This document shows positions 26,495-38,435 of a DNA stretch of 64,000 bases, one piece after another; positions within the stretch are counted from its first letter, which is position 1, and the number at the start of each line of letters is the position of its first letter. The stretch is from contig CM059432.1 of assembly GCA_030390025.1 (NCBI GenBank), forward strand, positions 73,224,001-73,288,000. Direction: 5' to 3'. Origin of the DNA: Squalus acanthias. Taxonomy: Eukaryota. The notes below the pieces were generated by a model. That model was not told where the DNA came from. It did not search any database and was given only the letters and a program-made list of their open reading frames with translations. The position numbers and the translations under genes were made by a program.

Positions 26495-27486
26495 TCAGAA
26501 TTGCGAGGTTGTGAAGCATACAGCACACAACAATGAAAACCGATACTCGATCAGGGGAGTACTGCAGGACTCCTCCAGAGCAGAGTGATCAAGACACCGG
26601 AACCGTTGCTTCAGCACGCCGATCGTCTGTTCAATGAGGTTCTTAGTGACGTAGTGGCTCTCATTGTATGCAAGCTCAGCAGGAGTGTTGGGGTTACGGA
26701 GCAGTGTCATCAGCCAGGTGCAGAGTGGATAACCCTTGTCCCCGAGGAGCTAGCCAGGAGCTTGATGCAGTGGTTGGAAAAGGTCTGGGACACCAGTCTG
26801 GCGCAGGATGAATGCATCGTGGCTGCTGCCAGGATAGCGGGCATTGATGGCGAGGATGCGTTGTTTGTGGTCGCACACCAACTGCACGTTCAGAGAGTGG
26901 TAGCCTTTGCGGTTGCGGAAAACCTCTGCATTATCATGAGGTGCCCGCAATGCCACATGCGTGCAGTCAATGGCGCCCTGAACCATGGGGAAGCCCGCTA
27001 TCCTAGCGAAGCCACATGCACATTCACGCTGTTTGTCTCGGGTCATGGGGAATGAGATGTACTCCCTTCTCCTTTTGTAGAGAGCATTTGTGACCTCCCA
27101 GATGCAGCAATGAACAGCAAACTGGGAGATGTTCGCAATATCCCCTGTTGAAGCCTGGAAGGAGCCGCTGGCGTAGAAATTGAGGGTCACCTTCACTGCC
27201 ACCGACAGAGACATCCTGGTCCTGAGCTGAAGCTGGAGCTCTGGTTGCAGGAGGTGACAGAGCTCTGTGACCACCTCCTTGCTGAAGCGGAGCCTTCTTA
27301 CACACTGCTCCTCGGACAGATGAATGTAGGAGACTGCTCCTGGAATACCGTGGGAGGGCAAGGTCTCCTGTGCAGAGCCCTGTTGGCCCTCCTCCCTCTG
27401 GCCACGTTTTCCACTCTTTCTCTCTGCTTCCGCTGCCTCCGACGGTGAAGCTGGAGAATGAGGCCCCGTGCCACTACAGCCCCCAT
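26495..27486 (-). pseudogene. Harbinger (HARBI1-like) DDE transposase, frameshifted
   Basis: [41 protein letters not shown] and [15 protein letters not shown] motifs. Confidence 0.92.
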
Positions 27487-28884
27487 TAAATCTTCTAAAT
27501 GTGGTAGTAATAAAGGGTACAGAAATGGGAACCGAAAAGTCTTGCTGACGACCAAAACTCCTTCAAGTAGGATACCGTTAAATGGCTCCAGACGCCTCTC
27601 TCAACCTGCGTATGCAGAATTGATTTCCGACAGGAAAAAACAGGAAGTGCATGCCTTTAAATAGTGCTCCCCCAGCTCCCAGCCGACTGCAAACCGTCCC
27701 CCTCTAACTATCGTTCCTAGCGGCAAGCGCTGAGGCAGGGCGCGAGAATCAATTTGCAGTCCGGGTGCTACCGGGGCATTGCGCGCTTGGATGACATTAT
27801 GATCTCCGGGCACAGGCGATCGTGGCAGTAGCGTTTAGCGCCACCGCAAACTGCCAGGTCAATTTTGCAGGCGGCGCTAAAATCGGCGTGCACGGGCAGT
27901 AAGTCATTAGCGCCCCGGTAGCGCCCCCGGAGGCGCTAACGGGCGGCGCTAACCAACTAAATTTTTCCCCCCTTACTCCTTAACAAAACCTACCAGCATG
28001 GCTCTATCTTCCATCATCTGCCCCACCCAAATGTTGACCTTTATCAGCAAGCCACACCTTGGTCTTTCCCTCAACTCCTCTGGCACTTTCTCCTCCTTCA
28101 ATCACCTCATTCTGTTCCACCACTCCTTTAAAATACCTATTGTCTACCGCTCCCCCAAGCCATATCCTGACCTTCTCCCAAATATCCTCCCTTCTTTCCT
28201 CCCGCAGCTTCTATACTGAGCAACTCCTCATCCCTATGATTTCAATCTTCATCTCAATTCTCCTTGTCCTCTCTCCTCTGAATGCACCACTCGTTTATCC
28301 TCCTTAAACCTCTTCCACCAAATAATCTCTGTTACCCATATTCATGGCCACTCCCTAGAACTTGCTATCTCTTATGACCTCTCTACTTCCATGGTTTTGA
28401 TCACTGACATCTCTGACCACCTTCTTGTATCCCTCAACAACCACATTCCCCGACATACTTCCAACCCCACTTCCTTCTACAAGTGCCCCTGGAAAAAATC
28501 TCCCTCAAGTCACTTCCAGCTGTATTTTCAAACTCCTAACTGCCTAACATTTGGCCCTACATTTGCCAAGATACCTCTTCATCTGTTAATTTGTCCAACT
28601 ACTCCCTCTTCTCCATCTTTTTTGCCCTAGCAAAACCTTCACACTCTTTCATCCCACCCATAGCCCAGTATGACCACAACTTTGTTCCCTCAAGTCAAAG
28701 GGGTGCAGACTTGATAGTATCTTACACACAACTGGTTTAGCCATCCATCAGCTGGACCACATCAAGCTCTACCAGGCCTTGCACTCCTCTGCCACTACTC
28801 TAGGGTCAACCCAGAGGGCTTCTTTTATCCACTACCAATTGCCAACAACCAACCTCTTCCAGTCCCCTCCACTTTAGCGTCAGA

Positions 28885-30028
28885 GTGTTCAAGTGGCTCG
28901 TTACTGATCTGATATCGCCAAGTTAATCAAGTAAAACCCCATGACCACATCCAATACCTTCCAGACATCGATTCCAATCTTCAGTGTCCGGTTTATGGGA
29001 ACTTTGTCTCCAAAATGGGCAATGTGGCCAAAGATGCATGGCAGCAATGATTAATGATGACTTCTATCTTCTGAAGTTCGGTTCTCATTGTTGCATCTGT
29101 GTTATGGAGGACATCAAACCATCTAATTCACAGCAGTCGCTTCTGAAAGCACATATGAAATGCTTCCAGTCTCTTGATGTCTTGCTTAAGCAGCATTCAT
29201 GTTTCAGATCGATACAAAAGTATTGGAAGGACTCAGGTCTGATAGATCCATGCTTTCGTAGGGATTTTCACCTGCTGCTGACTCCAGACCCTGTCCAGTT
29301 CTTTCATTTCTGAAGCTGCGAAGCTGATGCTGCTCAGTATGTCTGGCTCACTACACCCATGTGATGACACTTTGCTACCTTGGTAGATAAAGGCCCACGC
29401 ACGTAGTGTGGCAGTTAAAAGTCTTTTCGTTCGTCCTACTTGCTCGGCTTCACCACTTCTAACAACACACCGTCGCTCTGAGTAATCATGTTTCACCAAT
29501 GGGTGATCTACAATGGACGCTATACTTACTCTACGCTTAATGTCCGAGATTCATCGCAAATTAAACCAGCCTCTGGCAGTCGCAAATATAGACTTCAGGC
29601 AGCCTTTGATTCTGTCAACAAAAACACCCTATGGAAGGTTCTATAAGGCATCTGTGTTCCTGAAATCCTCCTGAGACTAATTCAAGATCTAGATTACAAC
29701 CCAGGAGTACGAGTCTGACTGGGAAACCGCAATTCTGCGAGATTCTACACCAGACCTGGAGTGAGGCAGGGATGCGTCCTGGCTCCAACTCTGTTCTGTC
29801 ATGCAATCGTGGATTATCAACCGCATCATCAACATTACCATTGCACAGACATTTTTTCTGACCTGGACTGCACAGATAATGTCGTCCTCCTTGGTCTGGA
29901 TGCATTGGAGAGTTTTCAGCAGAAGGCAGCCACCTGTGGTCCACTGATTTCTTGGGCAGAGACAAACGCTGTGATGCAAGACATTGAAGTTGATGGGCAA
30001 AACATGAAGGTCGTGGACGCCTTTATCT
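28885..30028 (-). mobile_element. RTE-clade LINE fragment with inverted 5' segment
   Basis: Minus 29394->~28900 encodes the RT C-terminus (FIYQGS..IPTKAWIYQT..LLY.SETW..LEAFHM). Plus ~29405-30028 encodes the upstream RT (STMDAI..AFDSV..GVRQGCVLAPTLF). Confidence 0.8.
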
Positions 30029-30351
30029 CTTCCTTTCACACCTCATTAAAGCCAACTTTTGACCAAGCTTTTGGTCATCCCTCCCAATATCTACTTCTCT
30101 GGCTTAGTATCCATTTTTTCCTTAGGCCTCTGAAGTGCCGTGAGGCATTTTTGTATGTTATAGGTGCTAAATAAATGCAAGTTAATGTTATTCCTTTTGA
30201 ACTCATCTGTTAAATGTTTTATTCTTTATCTTATCTCCCAGTTCTATAAATCTAAATACTTCTTCCATCTTTAACATTAATTACAGAGTTGCCTGATCAT
30301 ATGTATTAGCTTGGTACACAGCTATTTGAAGTGGGATTTAAATATGACATA

Positions 30352-32640
30352 CCAACAACAACAACAACAACTTGTATTTATATAGCGCCTTTAACATAGT
30401 AAAACGTCCCAAGGCGCTGCCCAGGAGTATTGTAAGACAAAAAATTTGACACTGAGCCACATAAGGATAAATTAGGGCAGGTGACCAAAAGCTTGGTCAA
30501 AGAGATAGGTTTTAAGGAGCATCTTAGAGAGGTAGAGAGTTTTAGGCAGGGAATTCCAGAGCTTAGGGCCTAGGCAACAGAAGGCACGGCCACCAATGGT
30601 TGAGCGATTATAATCAGGGATGCTCAAGAGGGCAGAATTAGAGGAGCGCAGATATATCTCGGGGGGTTATGGGGCTGAAGGAGATTACAGAGATACGATG
30701 GGGCGGGGCCATGGAGGGATTTGAAAACAAGAATGAGAATTTTGAAATCGAGGCGCTGCCAATGTAGGTCAGCGAGCACAGGGGAGATGGGCGAACGGGA
30801 CTTGGTGCGAGTTAGGACACGGGCAGCTGAGTTTTGGATGACCTCAAGTTTATGTAGGGTGGAATGTGGGAGGCCAGCCAGGAATGCGTTGGAATAGTCA
30901 AGTCTGGAGGTAACAAAAGCATGGATGAGGGTTTCAGCAGCAGATGAGCTGAGGCAAGGGCGGAGACGGGCGATGTTATGGAGGTGGAAGTAGGCGGTCT
31001 TTGTTCTGCCACGGATATGTGGTCAGAAGCTCATTTCAGGGTCAAATATGACACCAAGGTTGCAAACAGTGTGGTTCAGCCTCAGACAGATGTTAGGGAG
31101 AGGGATGGAGTCAGTGGCTAGGGAACGGAGTTTGTGGTGGGGACCGAAAACAATGGCTTCGGTCTTCCCAATATTTAATTGGAGAAAATTTTTGCTCATC
31201 CAGAACAATATGTCGGACAAGCAGTCTGACAATTTAGAGACCGTGGAGGGGTCGAGAGAAGAGGTGGTGAGGTACAGCTGGGTACCGTCAGCGTACATGT
31301 GGAAACTGGCGCTGTGTTTTGGGATGATGTCGCCAAGGGGCAACATGTAAATGAGAAATAGGAGGGGGCCAAGGAGAGATCCTTGGGGGCCAAGGGGAGA
31401 TCCTTGTGGGACACCAGAGGTAACGATGCGGGAGCGCGAAGTGAAGCCGTTGCAGGTGATTTTCTGGCTACGATTAGATAGATAAGAATGGAACCAGGCG
31501 AGTGCAGTCCCAACCAGCTGGACGACGGTGGAGAGGCATTGGGGAAGGATGGAGTGGTCAACCGTGTCAAAGGCTGCAGACAAGTCAAGAAGGACGAGGA
31601 GGGATAGTTTACCTTTGTCACAGTCACAAAGGATGTCATTTGTGACTTTGATGAGAGCCGTTTCGGTACTGTGGCAAGGGCGGAAACCTGACTGGAGTGA
31701 TTCAAACATGGAATTGCGGCACAGATGGGCATGGATTTGGAAGGCGACAACACGTTCAAGGACTGGAGAGGAAAGGGAGGTTGGAGATGGGGCGGTAGTT
31801 TGCAAGGACGAGGGATCACAGGTTGGTTTTTTTGAGGAGAGGGGTGATGACAGCAGATTTGAGGGAGAGGGGGACAGTCCCTGAGGAGAGAGAACCGTTA
31901 ACAATATCAGCTAACATGGGAGCCAGAAAAGGAAGTTGGGTGTTCAGCAGTTTGGTGGGAATAGGGTCGAGGGAGCAGGAGGTGGGTCTCATGGACAAGA
32001 TGAGCGCAGAGAGGTCATGAGGGGAGATCGGAGAGAAACTGGAGAAAGGTGTGAGTTTAGGGCAGGGGGGAACCTTAGAGGAAGTTTGGCCCGGTGGGCT
32101 AGGAGAAGAAAGGCAGAGGCAGCTGAATGGATGGTCTCAATCTTAGAGACAAAGAAGTCCATGAGCTCCTCAACTTGTTATCAGAGGTGAGGGTGGAGGA
32201 GACAGGGGAGAGGGGTTTAAGAAGACAGTTAGCAGTAGAGAATAGGAGCCAGGGTTTATCTTTGCATTCCAGAATGATTCTGGAATAGTGAGCAATTTTG
32301 GCAGACGAGAGCAGGACCCGATAATGCTTTATGTGGTCCAGCCAGATCTGGCGGTGAATGGCTAAACCAGTTGTCCGCCATATCCGTTCAAGTCTGCGTC
32401 CCATGCACTTAAGGGAGCGAAGAGGAGAGCCGTACCAGGGGGAACGGCCAGGGTGAGAGAGGGTAATTGTTTTAGATGGGACTAAGGCATCAAAGGTGGT
32501 GGTGAGGGTGTGGTTGAGCCGATCGGTAGCTGCAGAAATGTCATGGTGAATGAACGGCCAGATGCTGGACAGTTGGGATTTCATAAGTGCAGTTGTAAGA
32601 GAGTTGAGAGAGTGTTTTTTTCCCAGGGGCGGACACAGAC
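30352..32640 (-). mobile_element. L2 LINE 3' two-thirds (RT) with (GTT)n tail
   Basis: 293-aa minus ORF with LLDLSAAFDTVDH, GVPQGS and YADGTQLY. Highly similar to 13670-14929. Confidence 0.93.
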
Positions 32641-33036
32641 TGTACAACCTATTACTGGGCTCTGAATAATAAAGCTGCAAATTTAAATTTTACATAGCGT
32701 TTACTAATCTGTGATAAGTTACCTTCTCAGTTGTCCACTTCCACAGTTGATCAGCTGCAAGGAACTGCCTTAAAAACCCTGGGGTTTGTGAACAACAGCC
32801 ATTATCATGATATCACTGAACTAAAACTCTAAATATAATTAGCTGAAATACCATCATGGGTGTCAGAAATAAATTCATGACTATTAATGTTAGTGAATAA
32901 GAGTCTTCACTAAGTGACATTACAGAGAGTAGAAAAGATTACTATAGATTAGTAACCGCTAAAGCACAGGGTACCCTGAGCAAAACAGGTGAAAGGGTTC
33001 TATTTCTTAAAAAAGAAAATGTGTTAAATGAAGGTA

Positions 33037-36000
33037 CAGGAATAGGAGGATAGAACAGATGAATGCGTGGCTGGAGAGATGGTGCAGGAGGGAGGGCTTT
33101 AGATTCCTGAGGCATTGGGATCGTTTCTGGGGAAGGTGGGACCTGTACAAGCTGGACGGGTTATACCTCAACAGAGCCGGGACCAATATTCTCGCAGGGA
33201 GGTTTGTTAGTGCTGTTGGGGAGGGTTTAAACTAACTTGGCAGGCGGATGGGGACCAGCATATAGGAGTAGAAAAGAGGAATAAGGTGCATAAAAGAGTG
33301 AGTGTGTCAGATAGTACTAGAGAAGATAGTACTAGAGGCAGTAGTAGTACCATATTAGATAGGAGCAGACTAAGAAAGACTACGAAAAATTCAAAAATGG
33401 GTTTAGAATGCATGTAAATAAACACACAAAGTGTGGTGAATAAGGTTGGTGAGCTACAAGCACAAGTAGCTGTGTGGCAATATGATGTTGTGGCAATAAC
33501 GGAAACGTGGCTTAAAAACGGTGAGGATTGGGCACTTAATATTCAAGGTGTTCAGAAAAGATAGGGAAGAAAAAAGGGAGGTGAGGTGGCAGTGCTGATT
33601 AAGGAAGACATTGTAGTGTTGGAAAGGGAGGATGTTCTTGAGGGGACAAGGACAGAATCCATTTGGTTAGACTTGAGGAGCAAAAAGGATATGATCACGC
33701 TATTGGGGGTATTCTATAGGCCTCCAAATAGTGAGAGGGAGGTAGAGGAGCAAATCTGCAGGGAAATCGCAGAGATATGCAAGACCTATAGAGTGGTGAT
33801 ATTGGGGGAATTTAATTACCCAAATGTCGATTGAGATAATGCTAGAGTAAAAGGAAAGGAGAGGGAGGAATTTCTGAAATGTGATCAGGAGAATTTCCTT
33901 GACCAATATGTTCTTGGCCCAACTAGGAAGGAGGCATTGCTGGATCTGGTGCTGGGGAATGAGGTGGGCCAGGTGTCTGTGAGAAAACACTTGGGTATGA
34001 GTGATCATCGTATCATAAGATTTAGATTAGCAATGGAGAGGAGCAAGGAACAATCTAGAGTGGCACTTCTAAACTGGAATAGGGCTAACTTCAATGGGAT
34101 GCGAAAGGATCTAGCCAGGGTAAAATGAAACCAAAGACTGCCAGGAAAAACTGTAATGGAACAATGGGTGATCTTTAAGGAGGAGATGTTCCAAGTTCAG
34201 GTACATTCCAACAAGAGGGAAGGGTAAGGGAACCAAAGCAAGGGCTCCTTGGATGACGAGGGAGATAGAGAAGATGATGAAACAAAAGAAGAGGGTGTAT
34301 GATGCATGTCAGGTGAATTCTTCAAAGGAGAACCAGACCAAATACAGTAAGTTGAGAGGGGAAGTGAAGATGAAAATAAGATTGGCAAAGAGAGAATATG
34401 AGAGTAGAATAGCGGTTAACATAAAAGGGAACCCAAAAATCTTCTACCGGCATGTAAACAGTAAGTGGGTAGTAAGAGGCGGGGTCAGGCCTATTAGAGA
34501 CAAAGAAGGTGATATATGGTTAGAGGCGCAGGGCAAGGCTAGAATACTCAATGAGTACTTTGTATCAGTGTTTACTGACAAAATATCGGTAGAAGTGGAA
34601 AAGGTAGAAGCAATGGAAGGGGTGAAAATTGACAGACAGGATGCACTAGAAAGGCTGGGTATGCTTAGAGTGGACATGTCGCCTGGTCCAGATGGCTTGC
34701 ATCCCAGGTTGCTAAGGGAATTGGGGGAGGAGATAGCGGAAGGGCTTGCCATAATTTTCCAATCTTCCCTAGATGCGGGGGAGGTGCTTGAGGATTGAAA
34801 AGTGACAAATGTGACACCATTGTTCAAGAAAGGGTGGAAGGAAAATCCTAGTAACTACAGGCCAGTCAGTTTAACATCAGTGGTGGGTGAAGTTTTAGAA
34901 ATAATAATCAAGGAAAAAATTAACAGGCACTTGGAGAGGTTTAAGCTAATTAAGGAGAGCCAACATGGATTTGTAAAAGGCAGATCGTGCTTGACTAATC
35001 TAATTGAATTTTTTGATGAAGTAACAGAGAGGAATGATGAAGGGAATGCAATGGATGTTCGGAAGGCGTTTGACAAAGTACCACATAGAAGGCTGGTTAA
35101 AATTGAGGCTCATGGAATAAGTGGCAGCTTGGATAAGGCATTGGCTTAAGGACAGAAAACAGCGAGTTGTGGTAAATGGTTGTTTTTCAGACTGGAGGAT
35201 GGTAGACAGTGGTGTTCCCCAAGAGTCAATGCTGGGGCTACTGCTTTTTTTGATATATAAATGACCTGGATATTGGAATACAGAGTAGAATTTCTAAATT
35301 AGCCGATGACACCAAACTTGGGGGTGTGGCAAACAGTGATGATGATATCAATCGACTGCAACAGGGTATGGAAAGGCTAGCAGAATGGGCAGACGAGTGG
35401 CAGATGGAATTTAATACAGAGAAGTGTGAGGTGATGCATTTTGGCAGAAGGAACAGGGAGAGGCAATATACACTTAATGGCACAGTTTTAAAGAGTGTGC
35501 AGGGACAGAGGGACCAGGGAGTTAATGTGCATAGGTCCCTGAAGGTGACAGGACATACTGAGAGAGTGGTTAGCAAAGCATATGGGATCTTGGGCTTCAT
35601 AAATAGATTTATTGAGTACAAAAGTAGAGAAGTTATGCTGAACCTTTATAAAGCGCTGGTTAGGCCACAACTGGAGTACTGCATCCAGTTCTGATCACCA
35701 CACTTTAGGAAGGACGTGAAGGCCCTTGAGACAATGCAGAGGAGATTTACGAGAATGGTTCCGGGGATGGGGGCTCTTAGCTACAAGGACAGGTTGGAGA
35801 AGCTGGATTTGTTTTCATTAGAGCAAAGGAGATTGAGGGGTGATTTGATAGAGTTGTACAAGATTATGACGGGTTTGGATAGGCTAGACGGGGAAAGGCT
35901 GTTCCCACTAGTTGATGGTACAAGGACTAAGGGACACAGATTTAAGGTTTTGGGCAAGAGATATAGGGCGGATGTGAGGAAAAACTTTTTTACACAGCGA

Positions 36001-36210
36001 GTGGCGATATCCTGGAATTCGCTGCCGACGGAAGTGGTGGAAGTGGACACACTCAATGTTTTCAAGGGGAGACTGGATAGGCACTTGAGGGAAATAAACT
36101 TGCAGGGCTACGGGGATAGAGCGTGGGAATGGAACTGACTGGATTGCTCTAGAGAGCCGGCACAGACTTGATGGGCCGAATGGCCTCCTTCTGTGCCGTT
36201 ATGACTCTAT
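33037..36210 (+). mobile_element. CR1 LINE: ORF1 esterase C-terminus + decayed ORF2 (APE+RT) + 3'UTR
   Basis: NAWLERWCRREGFRFL..DGLYLN (ORF1), ITETWL, YRPPN, NYRPVSLTS, KAFDKVPH and ADDTKL. The (ATGACTCT)n tail continues at 37047-37056. Confidence 0.93.
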
Positions 36211-37046
36211 GGGGGCGAATTTGTGACTGGGGGTGCGTTGGAGGCGGGACTGCTGCTTGTCGGGTCGATGTCCCGCCTCCATCGATTTGTGGCCAACCCA
36301 CGCTATTTTCCCTTGATTGACCTTGTTAAGACCGCCCAGCGGGATTAGCAGGCCAATCAAGGGAAAGCCGGTTGCAGAGCACATCAACGTATGATGTTTC
36401 ATCTGTCAAAAATTTTTGACAGATGAATTGTCATTGTTTGACAGCTCTGTGAAGCTGTCAAACAGTGACAATCTCTGTAGTTTGATGAGGTCTTGAATAC
36501 AAGACCCCATCAAACTTCTTTCTTTAACAGAATTGAGATGGTTGTTACATCTGTGAATGCAACGGCCACCTGTCAATCCCAATGTGGAGGTCCAAGAGTC
36601 TCCGCATACAAACCGACTGAAGCCTGCAGGAAGAAACAAAGGTAAGTACACTTTTAATAACACTTTGCACTTACCTCAGATACTCACCTCTACACTCTTG
36701 CACCCATCACTTACCTTCACACCACACTTTTGCAACCCCCCCCCCCCCCCTCCCGCAGACCCAGTACTCGCCTCGCTAGGCTGGCGGGTTTTGGAGCCTT
36801 TGGGAAGCCCGCACTTGAGGGCAAAAAGGGGATAATCATATTTTCTGCCATTAACTACCTGTTAACAGGCAGTTAATAGGCTTTAATCCCTTCCCGCCTC
36901 CAAGGAGACGGGACCCGGCGCGGGATGGCTACCCGCCTCCTGGAAAGATGGCATGGAGGCGGGTTGGGGACAGGTTGGGCACCCGCCCCCAAATTCTGCC
37001 ATTTTCCCGGCAGTCCCGCCTCCCCAGGTCTGGCAAAATCGCCCCC
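36211..37046. mobile_element. Harbinger-type MITE family A copy 3 (opposite orientation)
   Basis: TIRs GGGGGCGAATTTG / CAAAATCGCCCCC and TSD TAT. Inserted in the CR1 microsatellite tail. Confidence 0.92.
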
Positions 37047-37232
37047 TATGACTCTACGGCTAAAATTTGTTTTAAAAATTCCAGCTACAGTTTTCAGCCT
37101 TAACTATTGTCCTCAATTTCAACTAAGATGTTTATATTACAGTAATGCTAGAAGATTATCAGAAATGTCAAAATAGATGAAGGAATCTCTGACACGTGTT
37201 TATGCTCATGGCGCAGTATGGTTAAAGATAAC

Positions 37233-37786
37233 GGGGGAAATTTTAATTCTCCCACTTTCCGAAAACTGGGTGGAGGGCAGGTAAATGGAGCGGGAGATTT
37301 TCCCTCAAGCCTCCTGTCCTGATCCCACCGACTGAAATTTTAACTTCCTTCATTAAATATGCAAACTACAATTTTCACATTGGCCTGAGTGAGGAAGCGG
37401 CTGCAGCTTCCTTGGCAGGCTGAAGCTAGCGGGAGGAAGATCAGCAGGAGAAGAGGCCCCTCCACGTGAGTTTAATTCTTTCCTTTGTGGGGCCAAGAAT
37501 ACCGGGAATGTGCCTCCGGGCCCCACAAGGAAAGTGTAGACCTCACTTGCCCAAACTCCCACCCCGTCCTTTGCAAACAGTGAATGCCCCGGAACACCCA
37601 ATTTTAATGGTCAGGAGGCCTCTTCACGCCATTTTGGTCGGGATGTCAGCCAGCGACATGTTAATGAGGCCCGGCAATTAAAATCAGCTGGGCCTCCTGT
37701 TGCTGTTCCCGAACGGGCTGACTGCTTCCAAGGCTGCTTTCCCGCTGGGAGCAGCAACATTCAACAGCAACAGCAATATTCCCCCC
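37233..37786. mobile_element. Older Harbinger-type MITE
   Basis: GGGGGAAATTTT / AATATTCCCCCC ends and TSD AAC. Confidence 0.55.
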
Positions 37787-38237
37787 AACATTTCGAAAAT
37801 GCAATATTCTGAAGTGCAAAGGACAGACATTAGAAGTTATACACAAAGTAATACTAAAGGTTATGATTTCATTTGTGGTTTTTTTTGCACACCGAGTTAA
37901 TGCATTCGCGCAACTCTTGCCTGGACTATTTTAACGCAGATGCCATGGATGTAGTTAGATATACGGAATGCATGAACTTGTGTACATATTTTTGCAGGGG
38001 GCACCAGTATGATTGATTGATCACCAATTCTGAAATTGAGGCAAAAAACTGCCTCAAAAAAGTACACCTGCATGAGTGCAGCTTTGCATCATGACATCCC
38101 TATGCTTCTGTGAAGCTCAGGGCTCCCCTTCGACATACTGAGACATCACAATAGACGGTCACTTTCGTGCGGGTGCAGTTTTTTGAGTAGCCTCTCTCCT
38201 TCGGTTTCAGTATCGGCAATTACTCAATTGTGCCAAT

Positions 38238-38435
38238 AGAATTAGGATTAGGGTTATGAGGGAGGGGTAGATTTAGAGCTACAATTAGGTTCAGGGTTAG
38301 ATTTAGGGACAGGGTTAGATTTAAGAGTTAATGTTGGATCTAGGGCTAGGATCAGATTCAGGATTAAATTTAGGATAAGGGTTAGATTTAGGATTATGGT
38401 CAGATTTAGGATTATGGTCATATTTAGGGATAGGA
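38238..38435 (+). repeat. Degenerate telomere-like (TTAGGG/TTAGAT) hexamer array
   Basis: About 200 bp with 6-nt periodicity: TTAGGG, TTAGAT, TCAGGG and TTAGGA variants. Confidence 0.75.

Larger units (their letters stand above)
24409..27971. mobile_element. PIF/Harbinger transposon 1 (Myb-like gene + transposase, convergent)
   Basis: G-run/C-run TIRs, TSD CTT (24406-24408, 27972-27974), GGCGCTAA/TTAGCG subterminal repeats and two decayed genes. Confidence 0.93.
23110..28880 (+). mobile_element. Old L2 LINE 5'/endonuclease region split by two Harbinger insertions
   Basis: Segments 23510-23581, 24370-24408 and 27975-28880 align colinearly with the L2 at 13020-14000. Confidence 0.75.

Noticed and set aside
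26495..27486. Domesticated HARBI1 or NAIF1/MSANTD host genes
   Set aside because: All copies lie between TIRs with TSDs and carry frameshifts or stops, so they are transposon fossils.
38238..38435. CRISPR-like array or repeat-protein ORFs (NPKS/LNLIL repeats)
   Set aside because: This is a simple degenerate hexamer repeat without unique spacers, in eukaryotic DNA. The ORFs are by-products of the repeat.
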